In this document: in pieces, positions 11,589 through 24,257 of the stretch
How the letters are laid out: each line of letters opens with the position of its first letter
Position numbering within the stretch: the stretch's first letter is position 1
Source of the DNA: Paragordius varius
Lineage: Eukaryota > Animalia > Nematomorpha
Direction: 5' to 3'
Length of the DNA: 64,000 nt
Assembly: GCA_964247055.1 (NCBI GenBank)
Contig: OZ176054.1
Coordinates: 9,672,001 to 9,736,000, forward strand
Translations under genes and position numbers: made by a program
The notes under the pieces: model-generated
Told to the model about the DNA's origin: nothing
Databases searched by the model: none
What the model saw: only the letters and a program-made list of their open reading frames with translations

Positions 11589-13216
11589 GGGGGGGGGGAA
11601 GTGATGTTAGAGGCTAATTTGAATAGACCTGTTAAACACACAACATTCCTTATATATCAGTGCATTAACCTATTAACTTATCTGTATACTATTATTATAT
11701 TGTTATAACCTCCCCACTACTTGTGATTATTATTATACTTTGAGATAATTGTATATAAGCAAACATCTTACCTTGATATATGTGAATACATTAAACCTAA
11801 TTATCGTAGATATATATATATATAAAGACCATGATATAACGCGCAGTAGTTTGTGATATACAATATTTTGTGATATACAATAAATACCTTGCCATCCCCA
11901 AATATTAATCACATACGCTAAAATTAACAATAAATAAATTTAATCTAAGTAAGGAGTTAGTGGAAAATGAGATAATGTTAGATCCACTGGGAAACAAACT
12001 TAAATCAGCAATAAGGACAAATGATTGGAGTGATCCTAGTATTGAAGAATTCCTGAAAGTAAAAAATGAAATTCAAATATACTATAATCTTTTATTTGTA
12101 AATGATACAGTACTAATACCCACATCCTTTTACAGCGCGACGTAATAAAATTCCTACATATTGGACATAACGGAGTGCAATCGATGAAACAACATGCAAG
12201 ACAATTCATATATTGGCCAAACTTACAAATAGATTTAGAAAATTTTGTAGAAACATGTGAACCGTGTTAAAGAAACAAGCCTAATATAAAGGAAAATCCA
12301 ACGTGGAAATGGAATTCAACACCGCGTTGTGGGAGAGAATTCACATCGACATAGCCGGACCCATAGATAGTTATTTTCGGTTATTCACCATTGATAGCGC
12401 GTCAAGATGGGTTGAGGTGGATTCTCAAATCGATTATCTCACAACAATTATTGAATTGTTTAGAAAAACATATGGCCAGATTTGGTTTCCCGAGACAGAT
12501 AGTCACCGATAATGGGCCATTTTTTACATCCCATGAATTCAGAAGTACCTTACTTAATCTTAATATAAAACATATTTTAATGAGTCCATACCATTCCAAG
12601 TCCAATGGATTGGATGAAAGATGTATTGCAACCCTAAAATTTCGATATAGAGCTATCAAAACTTAGACAATGAATGCACACGAGGCAATCAACACAATTT
12701 ATATGGCTATCGAAACTCACATAGTGCAATTAAGAATACCGCATCGAAGGTCTTTCTGAAGAGGCACCCAAATGGTCCAATGTCATGGCTCAAATCGCAA
12801 ACAACTGAATTTATCGATAATGAAATAGAACCGACTCGCCAATTCGTTCCAATGCAGAAGGTTTTTAATGAAATAGAAAAAGGATGGGCAGGAAAAGTAT
12901 TAGACCACAGGGGTCCATTGTCATATATGGTAAAAGACGAAACCGACAGAGTCCTCAGAAAACACGCTGATCAATTAAACAAGAATGGAAAGTTCGAGAA
13001 CAACCACGCCAGCGCCCCAAACACCAATTACTTCAGAAGAAATTACTTCTACTCCACTAGATCTTGAAGCCGTAAACAATGATATACAATCATTGACAAT
13101 AGGCATAGCAACACAGGATAACAACGCAGTTCCAACAACGAGTATAGACACACCTAAACAGGTATCTACAACGCCAGCGAAAACCCCCAGACCGCTTTAC
13201 TATAGGGGGAAGATAA

Positions 13217-13568
13217 TGTTAATTGGTTATAACCTTAAGTTAAATTATTATTATTTATATATATAATTTATATGACATTGTATGTACAAATGGTATTTTA
13301 ATAGTTGCCAAGTTTATAACCTTAAGCTAAATTATTATTATTTATATTTTATATGACATTGTATTTAATAAGTAATCTAATTATTATTATATATATGGAT
13401 ATTTTATATGATATTGTATTTAATACAAATAGTATTCTAATTTGGTTATTGTTAATTATCCTTGCTGAAATATATAAAAACCCCTGTACCACCACAAAGC
13501 ATTCAGTTAATAAATGACCTCAAATTGAGATAATAAATTATATTTTGTTTCTATTTTAAATTCATTGA
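13217..13568 (+). repeat. 3' LTR of the outer element
   Basis: Matches 5027-5326 plus about 50 bp of extra partial internal repeat; follows the PPT. Confidence 0.9.
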
Positions 13569-14100
13569 GTTACTATAAACTTCTTTTACTTCAAAAGAAT
13601 CGGCTAAAATGGCTTCGTCCCCTATTTGTAAAGTCATTATTTGAAGCTGGACATCAATTGCCATACACGTATCCCGCATCTCCCGCACTTTTTTCGTTAT
13701 TACCCTATATTCGAACCCCTGTTCAGACAAACAACTGTCCGTTTTTTCATACGCCATCTCAAGCTTGACTGGTTAACCGTCAAACATGGCATCGGGAAAT
13801 TTCGTAACAGATCCAAGCAGCCTTTTGAACTGTTAACCAACACAAATATCTCGGACCTTGCCCTAAGTTGCACCTGGTAGACGATTTCCTTCAACCGAAT
13901 CAAATAATATATCACGGATTCAGTTTACCTCTTTCGCAATTGTGTGAATCGGTATCTGGTTGCAAAACATTATACGTTGGGCGAATATTTTTTTCCAGAG
14001 CATCCCACCTCACTTCCTCTAACTGAAGGGGAAAAAGAATTTCTTTAGCTTTGTAAAATGACTAAGACCGATGTAAGCCAACAACAAATTCATTATCTCC
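13569..14100 (-). pseudogene. Non-LTR (LINE) RT relic, target of the outer LTR element; it appears to continue at ~4920-5026
   Basis: Degenerate RT-like peptides (EIFVLVNSSKGCLDLLRNF; QIGDEAILADSFEV) run up to the TSD on the minus strand. Confidence 0.5.
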
Positions 14101-14339
14101 TCGTATGCTTCAATCAGTTTGACTTTTAACATTCTGTCAATATAGGCATAATCTCTAACCGCTCGCGAAATTATATGCTTCCAGACTTAATTTTTCCATC
14201 CGCACAGCTAAATGTGGTGAAACAGAGAAACAATAAATTAAGAATATTTATTAAGGTTATTTTAAATTTACCATGGATATATGGATATAATATGCAATAT
14301 GAGGTGGATACTAGAGAAACATATCAAATTAAATAAGGA

Positions 14340-15200
14340 ACTGCACATGTGCTTTGTCTATTTTTCCAAGCATTTATAATAAACTAAAAACTTCCTTGAA
14401 ACAAATTGGAGTATCAATCCATCTAATAAACGTCATCTTCTCATTCAGCTATTCCAAGGCTGTTGTATCTACACCTCATTGTAAAACTGATTCATATAAG
14501 GTGCAAGTTGGTTTACAGGGCTGCGTATCCAATTCTTTTCAGTGCCTATCTCGTATGAAAAACTTGCTTACCTCCGTTTATTAAGCAGATGACACAGTTA
14601 TAGTTGCAGAGAGTATCGGCACCTTATCGCAAATCTTCAAGTTGTTGCAATCGAGTGCGATAAATACCGATTAAAAACTAATTTTAAAAAAACAAAAGTA
14701 ATACAAATCGACCCGGCTCAAATAATCAAATTAATAATCTTCAAGGGAAATTCGATTGAAACCGTAAAGATCTACACGTATTTGGGCTTTTTATATATTG
14801 ACAAAAAATCTGCCCAGAAATACGAAGAATCGCCGCAAAATTAGTTACGTTCAAAGACAATAAGATTTAATGGTCTTATCAAATTAAAAACCATCAGATT
14901 AATCAAGGCAACAGTATCCCACATTACTATAGTAGCTGGAAATTAAAAATATATGATAAACGATTAATAAATTCTTCGGAACTATGGGTATTGAGGAAAT
15001 CTTCAAACAAAATGGTCAGACGAAATACCTAACTCTACTATTTTAAACAAAAATCCCGAAATGACTCTATTTGCTAACCAAAAACTCTCCTATTAGAAGA
15101 ACTCGCGGGATGGAAAACATCCTCAAAGAATTAAATCAAACATTAGCCGAACTAAATGCTAGATCTGGTATACGCAATGAGTGGAGGAGTAATATTTTCA
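14340..15200 (+). pseudogene. Non-LTR (RTE/CR1-like) RT relic
   Basis: TDSYKVQVGLQGC, ADDTVIVAES and RLKTNFKKTKVI correspond to RT motifs; many stops. Confidence 0.75.
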
Positions 15201-15619
15201 ATGTTGCAGTTAGTCGGAATCACCTTAGCAACAACTACATATAATTTTTTCTATACCATATTTGCATGTTTAAACTAAGGTAAAATGATGGGTGCAGCAT
15301 GTTTAATACAGAGGTAATACCATAGTTTTATTCAAATACTAGATTTGGTAAAGTAAGGTTACGTATATAAATGATGTATTCAAATTATCTAAAAAGTCTA
15401 TATTTCGGATACCTCCAAAACAAAATTAAACAATGGATATTAAAACCGATAAAGATTAAAAATATGTTGGTAAAATGTTATTTGAACCCTTTTAAAATTT
15501 AATTGAAAAAAGATGGCGGTGTAAATTTCGGTGGTTTGCACTTTTTTAAAAATGTATCATGCACCCAAAAGGCTAAAGAAAACCTTTGTCCCATTACAAA
15601 AAATATTTTTTAAGATATT

Positions 15620-18600
15620 TTAATTTTTGATGGCTCTGGGCTATAAACTACTCTATCATCAAGTGTTAATCTTGTAAAAGTTGTTAGAGTTGAATAGTGA
15701 ATTAGATAAAGCTCATATATTTACAGTTAACTTCTAGAGTCTAGAATTGGGACAACCTAAAACACGATTAAAGAAAACACTTGATAATAAATAAATTAAC
15801 ATATAGTATTTGCTCGTAAATATAACCTGAAATTTGAGTTTTCTCACCGTAGTCTGTTTTATAAGCGATTCAAAAATTTAAAATAAAAAAATGGCGCCGA
15901 AAAATTTCGAGATGCTTTTTTACAATTCTAGATTTTTCAAAGTATATTTTGGAAGCATGCGCCTAAAAAACTAAAGCATATTTTTAAATTTTGCCTAATA
16001 CCTTGAATTACTTTTCAAGATTAAAATTTGAGATCGGTCCAAAAAGATAATGAAGTGGAAATTTCACAAAAGAATTTGTATAAGGAACGGCATCTATTAA
16101 ACAGTGCACAAAATAAGGGGATAAAAAAAATTTTTATAATATAAATTTTGATCAGGGTCATGAAATAATAATTAGTTTTAAATTTATACCAGGGGTGTCC
16201 GCTTTTTTTGACTCGACCTTTTTTTTGAAAAAAAGATCGCGATCAAACAAAAATATTAGTTATCAAAAGACAAAATCAACACTTCAAATGAATTATATAC
16301 CCGCTTTACAGTGACCTATCCACATCAATTTATAATTTAATTTTAAGATTGTCCAAATACAAAAATAATTTTAATCGAAAGACGACGGGTTACTAACTAC
16401 CTTAAATTTAACTAACATGTATTTAAATATGCAATTTTGGAAGGTGGTATGGTTCTCTAATCATTTACTTTACTCTTGCATTCCTTAGATTTCAATGATT
16501 GGCATATTAATGAAGGCTCAAAAAAGCTCCTTATAACTACAAAGGAATCTTTATCAATTTTTTTAATTATTTATAATAGGGCTATTAAATTTTTAAGTTT
16601 TCAATATTTGACTTTTTAGGCAGCAACATTAATGTTGCATATTATAAAAGTCCATGTCTCTATATAGAGCGTTTTTTTTCTGACTTATTCTAATAAGTGT
16701 AAAACTTGGTTCTGTTGTATTCTTAAAAAGCTCAACTCAAAGTTTAAATAATATATTCCAGGAATATGACTGAGTAATTCAAATGCTCCAAGACATATGC
16801 ATCATAATTAAAAAATAATTAGGGTAGTTGTCGCGGTCACCTTTTTGAACCTTCCGGTTATATATATTTCATAAACTATATATATTTACAGTTATATTTT
16901 GGGGTAGTTTTAGGCACCAGCGCTATTTAAAATTCGAAAATAATACAATTTTAATCATTATTTAGCTTTTGCCCATAATTTAATTTTTTAAAAATGTAAA
17001 AAAAATAATTCTCATATCTACCTTTTTGGTCGCAATTTTATTATATTTTTGATCCTTTAACAAGAGACAAAAACATGTTTATTTTTAAAATTGAGCTAGA
17101 ATGCATATAAAATAAAATTAGATTTTGATTTTTACTGAAAAGTCATGATCGAAAAATTTTTTAAAATATATATCACTCATTATAATCTTTTTCTTTTTAT
17201 AATGTTGTAAAGGCAATTGATTTTTTCCATTATACAACAATCTTGAAGTTAATAATTTTTTCGTCAATTACACTATATAAGGCTGACATTTTGTTTTAAT
17301 TCATTGAATTTTTTTCGATAAAGATAAATTAAATATAATTCATTTTATACGCATTCTTGCCTATTTTTTTAAATACATTGTATATAAATGCGTAATCCCC
17401 TCAATTTTCCTATGTTTATTTTGTTTCAAACATGTTTTTGATTACATAGTCGCAATTTATGATATTCAGGTCTCGATATCTCTATTTCGGACACTAGATT
17501 AAAAAATTATAAAATATTTTTTCATCAATACAGGAGAACAATATTTGGTAATTTAATTAGAGCCAAATTAACTCTTAAAACAATATATTTAATTAGTAAG
17601 CCCTCCTGTACAAAACTACCCCAAAATGTAATCATCGACAACGGTAGTATTAACCAAAATTACTTGGAATAAAATATTTTTCTCGTCTAAAGGGCCGCCC
17701 ATGCCATACATATATTGACAAATTTCGGACATTGTAAAGTCGGGGTGTTCAACATGACCGAAGTGACCTCTGAAAATTTTGATTTTTTCAATGCATCATT
17801 AAATTTTTTCGAATAGCTGGCTAAAGGTATAAATGTAATAGTTATTTTTTTAATTATTATGCATATGTTTTGGAGTATTAAAACTTAAAATCAGTCATAT
17901 CCCTGTAGTATAGTATTTAAACCATAAGCGAAGCTTTTTAAGATACAATAGACGTAGGTTTTAACTTATATTTTAGAATGAGTCAGAAAAAAAGTTAAAA
18001 TATATTGTTTTAAAAGATGGGAAGAAGATTTTTTTGTTGATAATTGAGAAATTCACTTATCTAATATGCAACAGTAATATTTATATGCCTAAAAAGTCAA
18101 ATATTAACGGTCATTTTTTGTGAATCCCAAACAAAATCTAAAATATGCAAGGTTAAAGTAAAGGAATTAAAGGAACATTAACCGCCTTATGAAATTGCAT
18201 ATTTAAATACATTTTAGTTAAAAATTTAAGGTAGATAATAACCCTTCTTTTTTTATTACAATTATTATTATATATTAACAATCTTTAAATTCAATAACGA
18301 AATGATATGGATATCACTTTAATCTGTAAGGAAGTTATATAAATCATTTTAAGTATTGGTTGAGTCTTTTGATACTAATATTGGGTGACTGCGATTTTTT
18401 TTCAAAAAAAGTGGACATTCCTGTTAAGGAATATTTTTCTTCGACACGCGAATAGTACAATAATTCTTCATAGTCTACGAAACGTCCTATTATTAAATTT
18501 TTAAATAAATTTGCATATTTTTTAATTTTGCATAGCTGTATGCATTTATACTCTAGATAAGTACATCATTAAGATCATACTAAAGCTAAGGCCGCGCTTT

Positions 18601-19450
18601 GAGTACCACTGGTCTACAAAAAGATGAAAGGGTAATGAAGTGTTAAAGGTTTGCTAAAAATTTTACGTTAATTCCTAGGTAATACTCAAAAAAAATTATG
18701 GGCTCAGATCATCTTTTTACTTAAAATTAATTACCACATAAGAGCAAATTGTCAAAAAACTACCAAAGTTAGATATCTTAGCCTTAATGTAAGATTTTAA
18801 AGAAATAATGACTCTTAATAAGGGGTCAACACGAGACCAAATTTTCAGAAATTACTAATATAATCTAAATACTATAATTTTCAATTATTTGCTTTAAATG
18901 TATTTTCTAATTTAATTATTTATAATATTAAAATAAAATTGCTCGTTTTGGCAGTTACGCCGTTTAAACACTCCATATACCTTTTGAAGGAGATTCCAGA
19001 GCGATTTAAAATTTGAATTTAAAAAGCATTTAAGGTAAAGCCGAATTTAAAAATATGTATCTTTAGCCTTTTAGCCCATAACACAAAATGAATTTTTTTA
19101 CAAATATAAAATTGTAAAAAACCCTCATCTCAAACTTTTTTGCCGCCATTTTTTCTATAATTTTTTAATCGCTAATGCAACAGGCAAATAAGTGTATATT
19201 ATGGTTAGAAAATGTAAATAAATAAGTCAAAAAAGTTTTCAGTCTCCAGCAAAAACTTGAGATATATTGATTCTAATATCTGCTGTTTATTTCGGGTTTT
19301 GCAGCTATCCCAATTATAGACTCTAGAAGCCACTGTAGAAAATATAAGCTTTATTCAATACATTCGAACAATGCTTAATAAAAATTTAATTAAAATAATT
19401 TTCAAAACTGTAGTTGATTTACAATGAACTCTGAAGATATAAAATTACCC
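15620..19450. mobile_element. Old nested foldback structure: outer arms ~15620-16190 and ~18700-19450 around an inner palindromic element 16194-18423
   Basis: Successive blocks are mutual reverse complements, e.g. 15730 ttctagagtctagaattggg vs 19305-19330; 15890 aaaatggcgccg vs 19140; 16420 atttaaatatgcaattt vs 18195; 16890 ttttggggtagtttt vs 17612. Inner termini are CAGGGGTGTCC...GGACATTCCTG. Boundaries are approximate. Confidence 0.7.
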
Positions 19451-20096
19451 TAAAATATAAACTATGACAAAAAAATGAAAAGGTGATGAAGTGTTAAAGT
19501 GTACTTATAATGATGATTTATTACACCTATTAATTAAATTTTATTAATATCGATTGTATATAATGTGTTTGAATTAATTTCCATATAAAACAAAATTTTT
19601 CGGATCGTTATATATATATATATATATATATATAACTCACATAATATTTTAAAGAAATAAGCCTTTATATCTAATAAAATGACATACATTCAGTTATGCT
19701 TTAGGATTGTAACAATTTGTTTTCAGAAATAATGTATCCTAAAAGCTATTAAAATTTCTTTTCCTACACCACAAAAGAAATTTTTTTGCTTTTATAATAT
19801 TGATTCAGCAAAAAGCAGTGGTTGCTATAGTATATAGCTATCGCATTGAAACCCTTTAAAGAATATATTGGATATTTATTGGGAAATATTTGTTCTGTAA
19901 TGGAATTTTTTCAAATTACAAAAAGTTAAGCCCTCCAAAAACACAAAATGAGATTGAAGTTATTTATGCTGACTAAATTTATTGGTACTAGCAACTAATA
20001 AATGAATTAACAAGATTATTTTGCTGGTTCATAAATCGTATAACTAATTTTATTTGTTAAAGATTTGTGGGTGGTGAAACGAACGAAAACACCAAC

Positions 20097-22488
20097 TTTC
20101 CGTAAACATTGTTGATAGTGGGTTTAGGCCGATATGCCAAAAAATATTCATCATCTTCGAAAGTTGTCCCATTTATATCCAATTTGAAACAATTTTTCTC
20201 CTAAAACATAAAATATTTTCTTTTTGATTACAAAAAAGATTACTATAATTGAACCGAAAATCAGAAATAAATTATCAAATTAAATAAAGTAGAAAAATCT
20301 TAAATACAGTATGGATAATGTTGGTCAATTCACATTCTTTTTGACCGATCGGCATTACAGTAGCGAATGATTCTAAAACAACATAACTGCAAATTGCCTA
20401 TATTTACATATTAGATATTATTAGATTATGGAAATTTTTTATATCTACAAATGGGCAATAATGTGAATTGACCAACATTTACGAACATACGTAGTGTCCC
20501 TAAAGCTCTTATAAGAATTAAATTCGGAACTATTCGCGAGAGATCTACTAAAGAATACTTGGCGATTTAATGAAAAATATAATGGTTAAATTTATGATTT
20601 ACTCAAATAGTCCTTGTAGAACATATTGTGACAAAATGATATTAATAAAATTTAATCGTAATTCTAGAAAAATTCAGCCTTTTAAAATAAATATTTTATC
20701 GTGAATCTCATGCAATTCGTTTTGTATACTATTATATTTCATCAATCCTTTATAAACAAATGAAATATATTGACATATCCAGCACAGGTCTTCAAAATTG
20801 GGCAGAAATTTATGATTTGCTCTTTTCCCCTCATTCAAACTTTTTTGTAAAAACATAAAATTTTAATTCCGCCATCAAAAAACGTGGGATATTTATTACA
20901 TTTTATTAAAATTATTTTAAAATTTAATTAATTTACATAAACAAAAAATGATTGCCATTAGTATCAGAATAAATTTACTTACACGTTTTATATCTACCAC
21001 CTTGTCTAGTATAGTTTCATTTCTGGTTTTAAGAAAAATTTTATATTGATTAGTTGGGTTTAAATCCAAAAATTTTGTGCAGATTTCCAAAGTTTTTTCA
21101 TTGATACAGCCATAATCATCTTTCAATATATTGTCGCTTTCTGATTTATAATTAATAAAAATTAATAATATAAAATTATTAGAAATATATAAAACTTTTT
21201 ATGATTTTTAATATTAAACATACACCCAATTAAACTAATTAAATTAATTTTTTTGGTTATTCTAAATTTACATTTTCAGTTCCCACACATTTTATGTAAA
21301 ACAATGTATAAAAATGAAAACTTATATTCCTATATAAAGAGAAAATAGGCGTTTTCCCTGAGTTGTATATCCATGTGTAATGGGAATAGTGTGGATTGTA
21401 CATTAAGGAAATTAACCCCAATTTTGCACAATTTTATTGTATGCATTTTAATGTTAACTTATTCGCAATATAGTCAATCAATCAGCAATACACTAGTGTA
21501 TGAAAAAAAATTTATTTTTTCCTATGTTATATTACTATACTCGTTTATTTTATTACTTTCCTTGTTTTTTTCATAAATTACGTGTTGCCGATTGACCAAC
21601 TTTAATGGCGAATAAGTCAGTACGCATATTCTAATTCAAATGGTTGATTTTAATTTGGTAATGCGTATTAAGCTGGATTTAAGAAATCTAATTTAATAAC
21701 GTCGAAATAATAAAATACTCATATAATTACCAATAAGTGTTTTGCCATCGACTATAAATAAATTAAAAATTATAAAATATAATGTGTGAAGTTGCATAAT
21801 GCCATTTTTAATGTAATAGCTATCTTTCCACTTTATCAAACACAAATGGTCACTTATTAAAATTCTTTTTGGATATTTCGATTATGTAAGATCACATCCT
21901 TTTTTTCTATTTTGGGATTTGAAATTTGATAATATTTCCCATACAAAAAACTAATTATCTGTGCGCTTATTAAAATTTGCACATCTATTGGCTAATATTA
22001 ATATCAAATTAACGCAAAAATATTTAGGATAACTCTTTAATCATTATGATTGTTATATATAATGATTTTATAATTTAGCGGTATAATTTTATTAACATAA
22101 CTATAATACTCTTACAGTAAAATGTTGTCAAGCTTTGACGGGACATAGCCAATGCTCCGTCAAGATTTGTTTGTATCATTATCGAATAATTTCCAGGTTC
22201 CAAATTATTAACCATAAATTTTGGCCTCTCGTTCTAAAATAGATAAAAAGTAAATTAAAAACATATTTATTGAATATTTTATTACCATCGCATTTGTCAA
22301 TTTCACACGTTTCTTTCCAGACATGGTGAATACAATATAACTATTATTGCCCATTTCTGGCACCTTATAATCGAATACAAATTTTGTTGCGTTTCCAGAA
22401 TTTTCAATTCGCATTTCATAGTTCTCTATTTCGATTAAAACAGTTCCCCTTCTCCAATACTGTGATAAAAAATTTAAACTGCTTATAA
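20097..22488 (-). CDS. Candidate exons of a fibronectin-type-III-like extracellular protein (about 22488/22459-22286, 22233-22116, 21140-20983, 20200-20097)
   Basis: Canonical splice sites flank open frames. FN3-like E/F-strand motifs FMVNNLEPGNYSIMIQTNLDG and FLDLNPTNQYKIFLKTRNE. A 52-nt intron at 22285-22234. Some junctions are unresolved. Confidence 0.5.
20309..20490. mobile_element. Small MITE
   Basis: Inverted repeat aatgttggtcaattcacatt (20318) / aatgtgaattgaccaacatt (20460), with a TA-CAGT-like left end. Confidence 0.65.
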
Positions 22489-22707
22489 CTAAATAATTTT
22501 TTGATTCCAACAATTAACAATTTTAAACAAAGGATATTTTATGTTTTGGACTTTATATATATTTAAAATTTTGATAAAAATCGTGGATTCATGTGTTCTT
22601 TATAACAGATCGATTATCACAAAATAATATTTTACAAAACGTATTATAGTTAACAGCATATATACAAAATATAACCTCCAAAACATTGATTTTTTTATAA
22701 ATATATA

Positions 22708-23003
22708 CCATTTACATTTCACCCTTGAACAATCGAATTCACCCTAAAAATAATGTATTTTCAACCTAATATAACTTATATGATTATATATATAGCATAG
22801 TTTATTTTAATTCAGTATTATTTTCATTTTAAACAAAATTACATTTTTTAAAAATATAAAAAATATAAGTAATTTTTAATCTTAAAAAACACATAATTTA
22901 TTTTAGGGTGAAAATGAATTGTTCGAATATAATTTGAATTGTTCAAGGGTGAAATTCAAGGGTGAATATGAATTGTTCAAGAGTGAATTTAAAGTGTAAA
23001 TGA
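22708..23003. mobile_element. MITE family B (TA|CCATTTAC termini); other copies at 47242-47489 and ~49950-50230
   Basis: Terminal inverted repeats with TA flanks and internal cacccttgaac / gttcaagggtg subrepeats shared between copies. Confidence 0.75.
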
Positions 23004-24257
23004 TATATTAACAATCAACAAATTTTATTGATATTTAATTCATACTAAATTTTAGCCCGATTTCAGTGCATATCCTATATTTATGTCCATTTTTCATATG
23101 ATATATTACACTGTGCCGTCATAATGGAAATTATTAGATTGCTAAGAGCTACCAAATAATGTATCGAATAATATATGCGGTATATAATAGAAACAAAGAT
23201 ATTAATTTATCTTATTAACCAAAATCAAATGGCAATTTCATGGTTCATGGTAAATAAAATACATTCTAAAAGTATAAACTTAATTAATGATTTTACATTT
23301 TTTTTTCAAAGGGTATTTCACTCAATATATCGCCTTAAAAAAATGTCTTATATAGAAAATAAATTTTTTGAAAACAACAAAGCTAAAGTAGAGTATAATT
23401 TTTACATACCCAATATATATTATTACTTTTCTCATACATTCGACAAAGAGATCTATCGATTCAGTTTATCGATTTTGTGTATTTTTATGCAAAAGATTTG
23501 GTATCAAAAGCCAAAATGGCGCCTGAAATATATAAACTAAATAGATAGATCTTTTTTCTGCACCAATTATCTTAAAAAAAGAAATAATATATAAATGAAT
23601 GTTTTGTAATAATTATACGTTTCTTCCACTTTGGTGCAAATTATCCAACTTTTTTTATATCGGGCTTATTTTTGAAGAAGATATATTGGAGAAAATATAT
23701 ATGGTGTGATTGAAAAATTAATATAACGTATGTTAACTAGTTTTTATGATTCAAATTTGACCATGCGCGATTTATTATCTTCGATTCTAGGTTTTTTGTA
23801 TCGTCTCAAAAACTCTAAAATTCTTATTGCTAATAATTTTTGTTTAGGTCCATCCTTATAATATAATTTAATTAATTTTGGTTGTCGCGTATTCATGGAT
23901 TTAATTTTATTTGACCTGTGCGATAAAAATGCAATTTTTAATTTTGGTTAATATCATAAAATTAAAAAATATCGTTTTTTCTAGTATTTTAACCGCATTT
24001 CTTAATAATATTCTTTATTCGTAATTATTGGTTATCGAATGATATATCATTCATAAACCTTTATTTTTGCTGTACACCGTGTTATTTAAAGGCTTTAAAT
24101 AAATGAGTAAAATCTATAAAATCCAATATATAATCAATTATATTGTGTTGCGATGAAACATATTATATATAATAAATAGATTTAGTTTATTTAACTAATG
24201 AAAAAAATATGCTGTGTGGTTACAGCCAAAAACTAAAGTATTTTATCAATTGTAGAC

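Larger units (their letters stand above)
7796..11907 (+). mobile_element. Inner Ty3/gypsy LTR retrotransposon (4.1 kb, young, capsid-less)
   Basis: Perfect 5-bp TSD ATCAC (7791-7795 and 11908-11912). LTRs 7796-8189 and 11605-11907. PBS TGGTGGCCAAGAG at 8191 and a G-rich PPT at 11589-11600. Confidence 0.97.
5027..13568 (+). mobile_element. Outer Ty3/gypsy LTR retrotransposon (decayed), interrupted by a second LTR element
   Basis: 5' LTR 5027-5326 (TGTTAATTGG...TTCA) and 3' LTR 13217-13568. PBS TGGTGCCGTG at 5328, PPT AGGGGGAAGA at 13204, near-perfect 5-bp TSD TTTAC/GTTAC. Broken gag (5343-), CCHC knuckle, protease (LFDTGAD), RT (YLDD at ~6957), RNase H and integrase (11913-13000). Confidence 0.93.

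Noticed and set aside
23175-23540. 121-aa plus-strand ORF
   Set aside because: AT-biased composition, overlaps repeat-like sequence, and has no motif or splice support.
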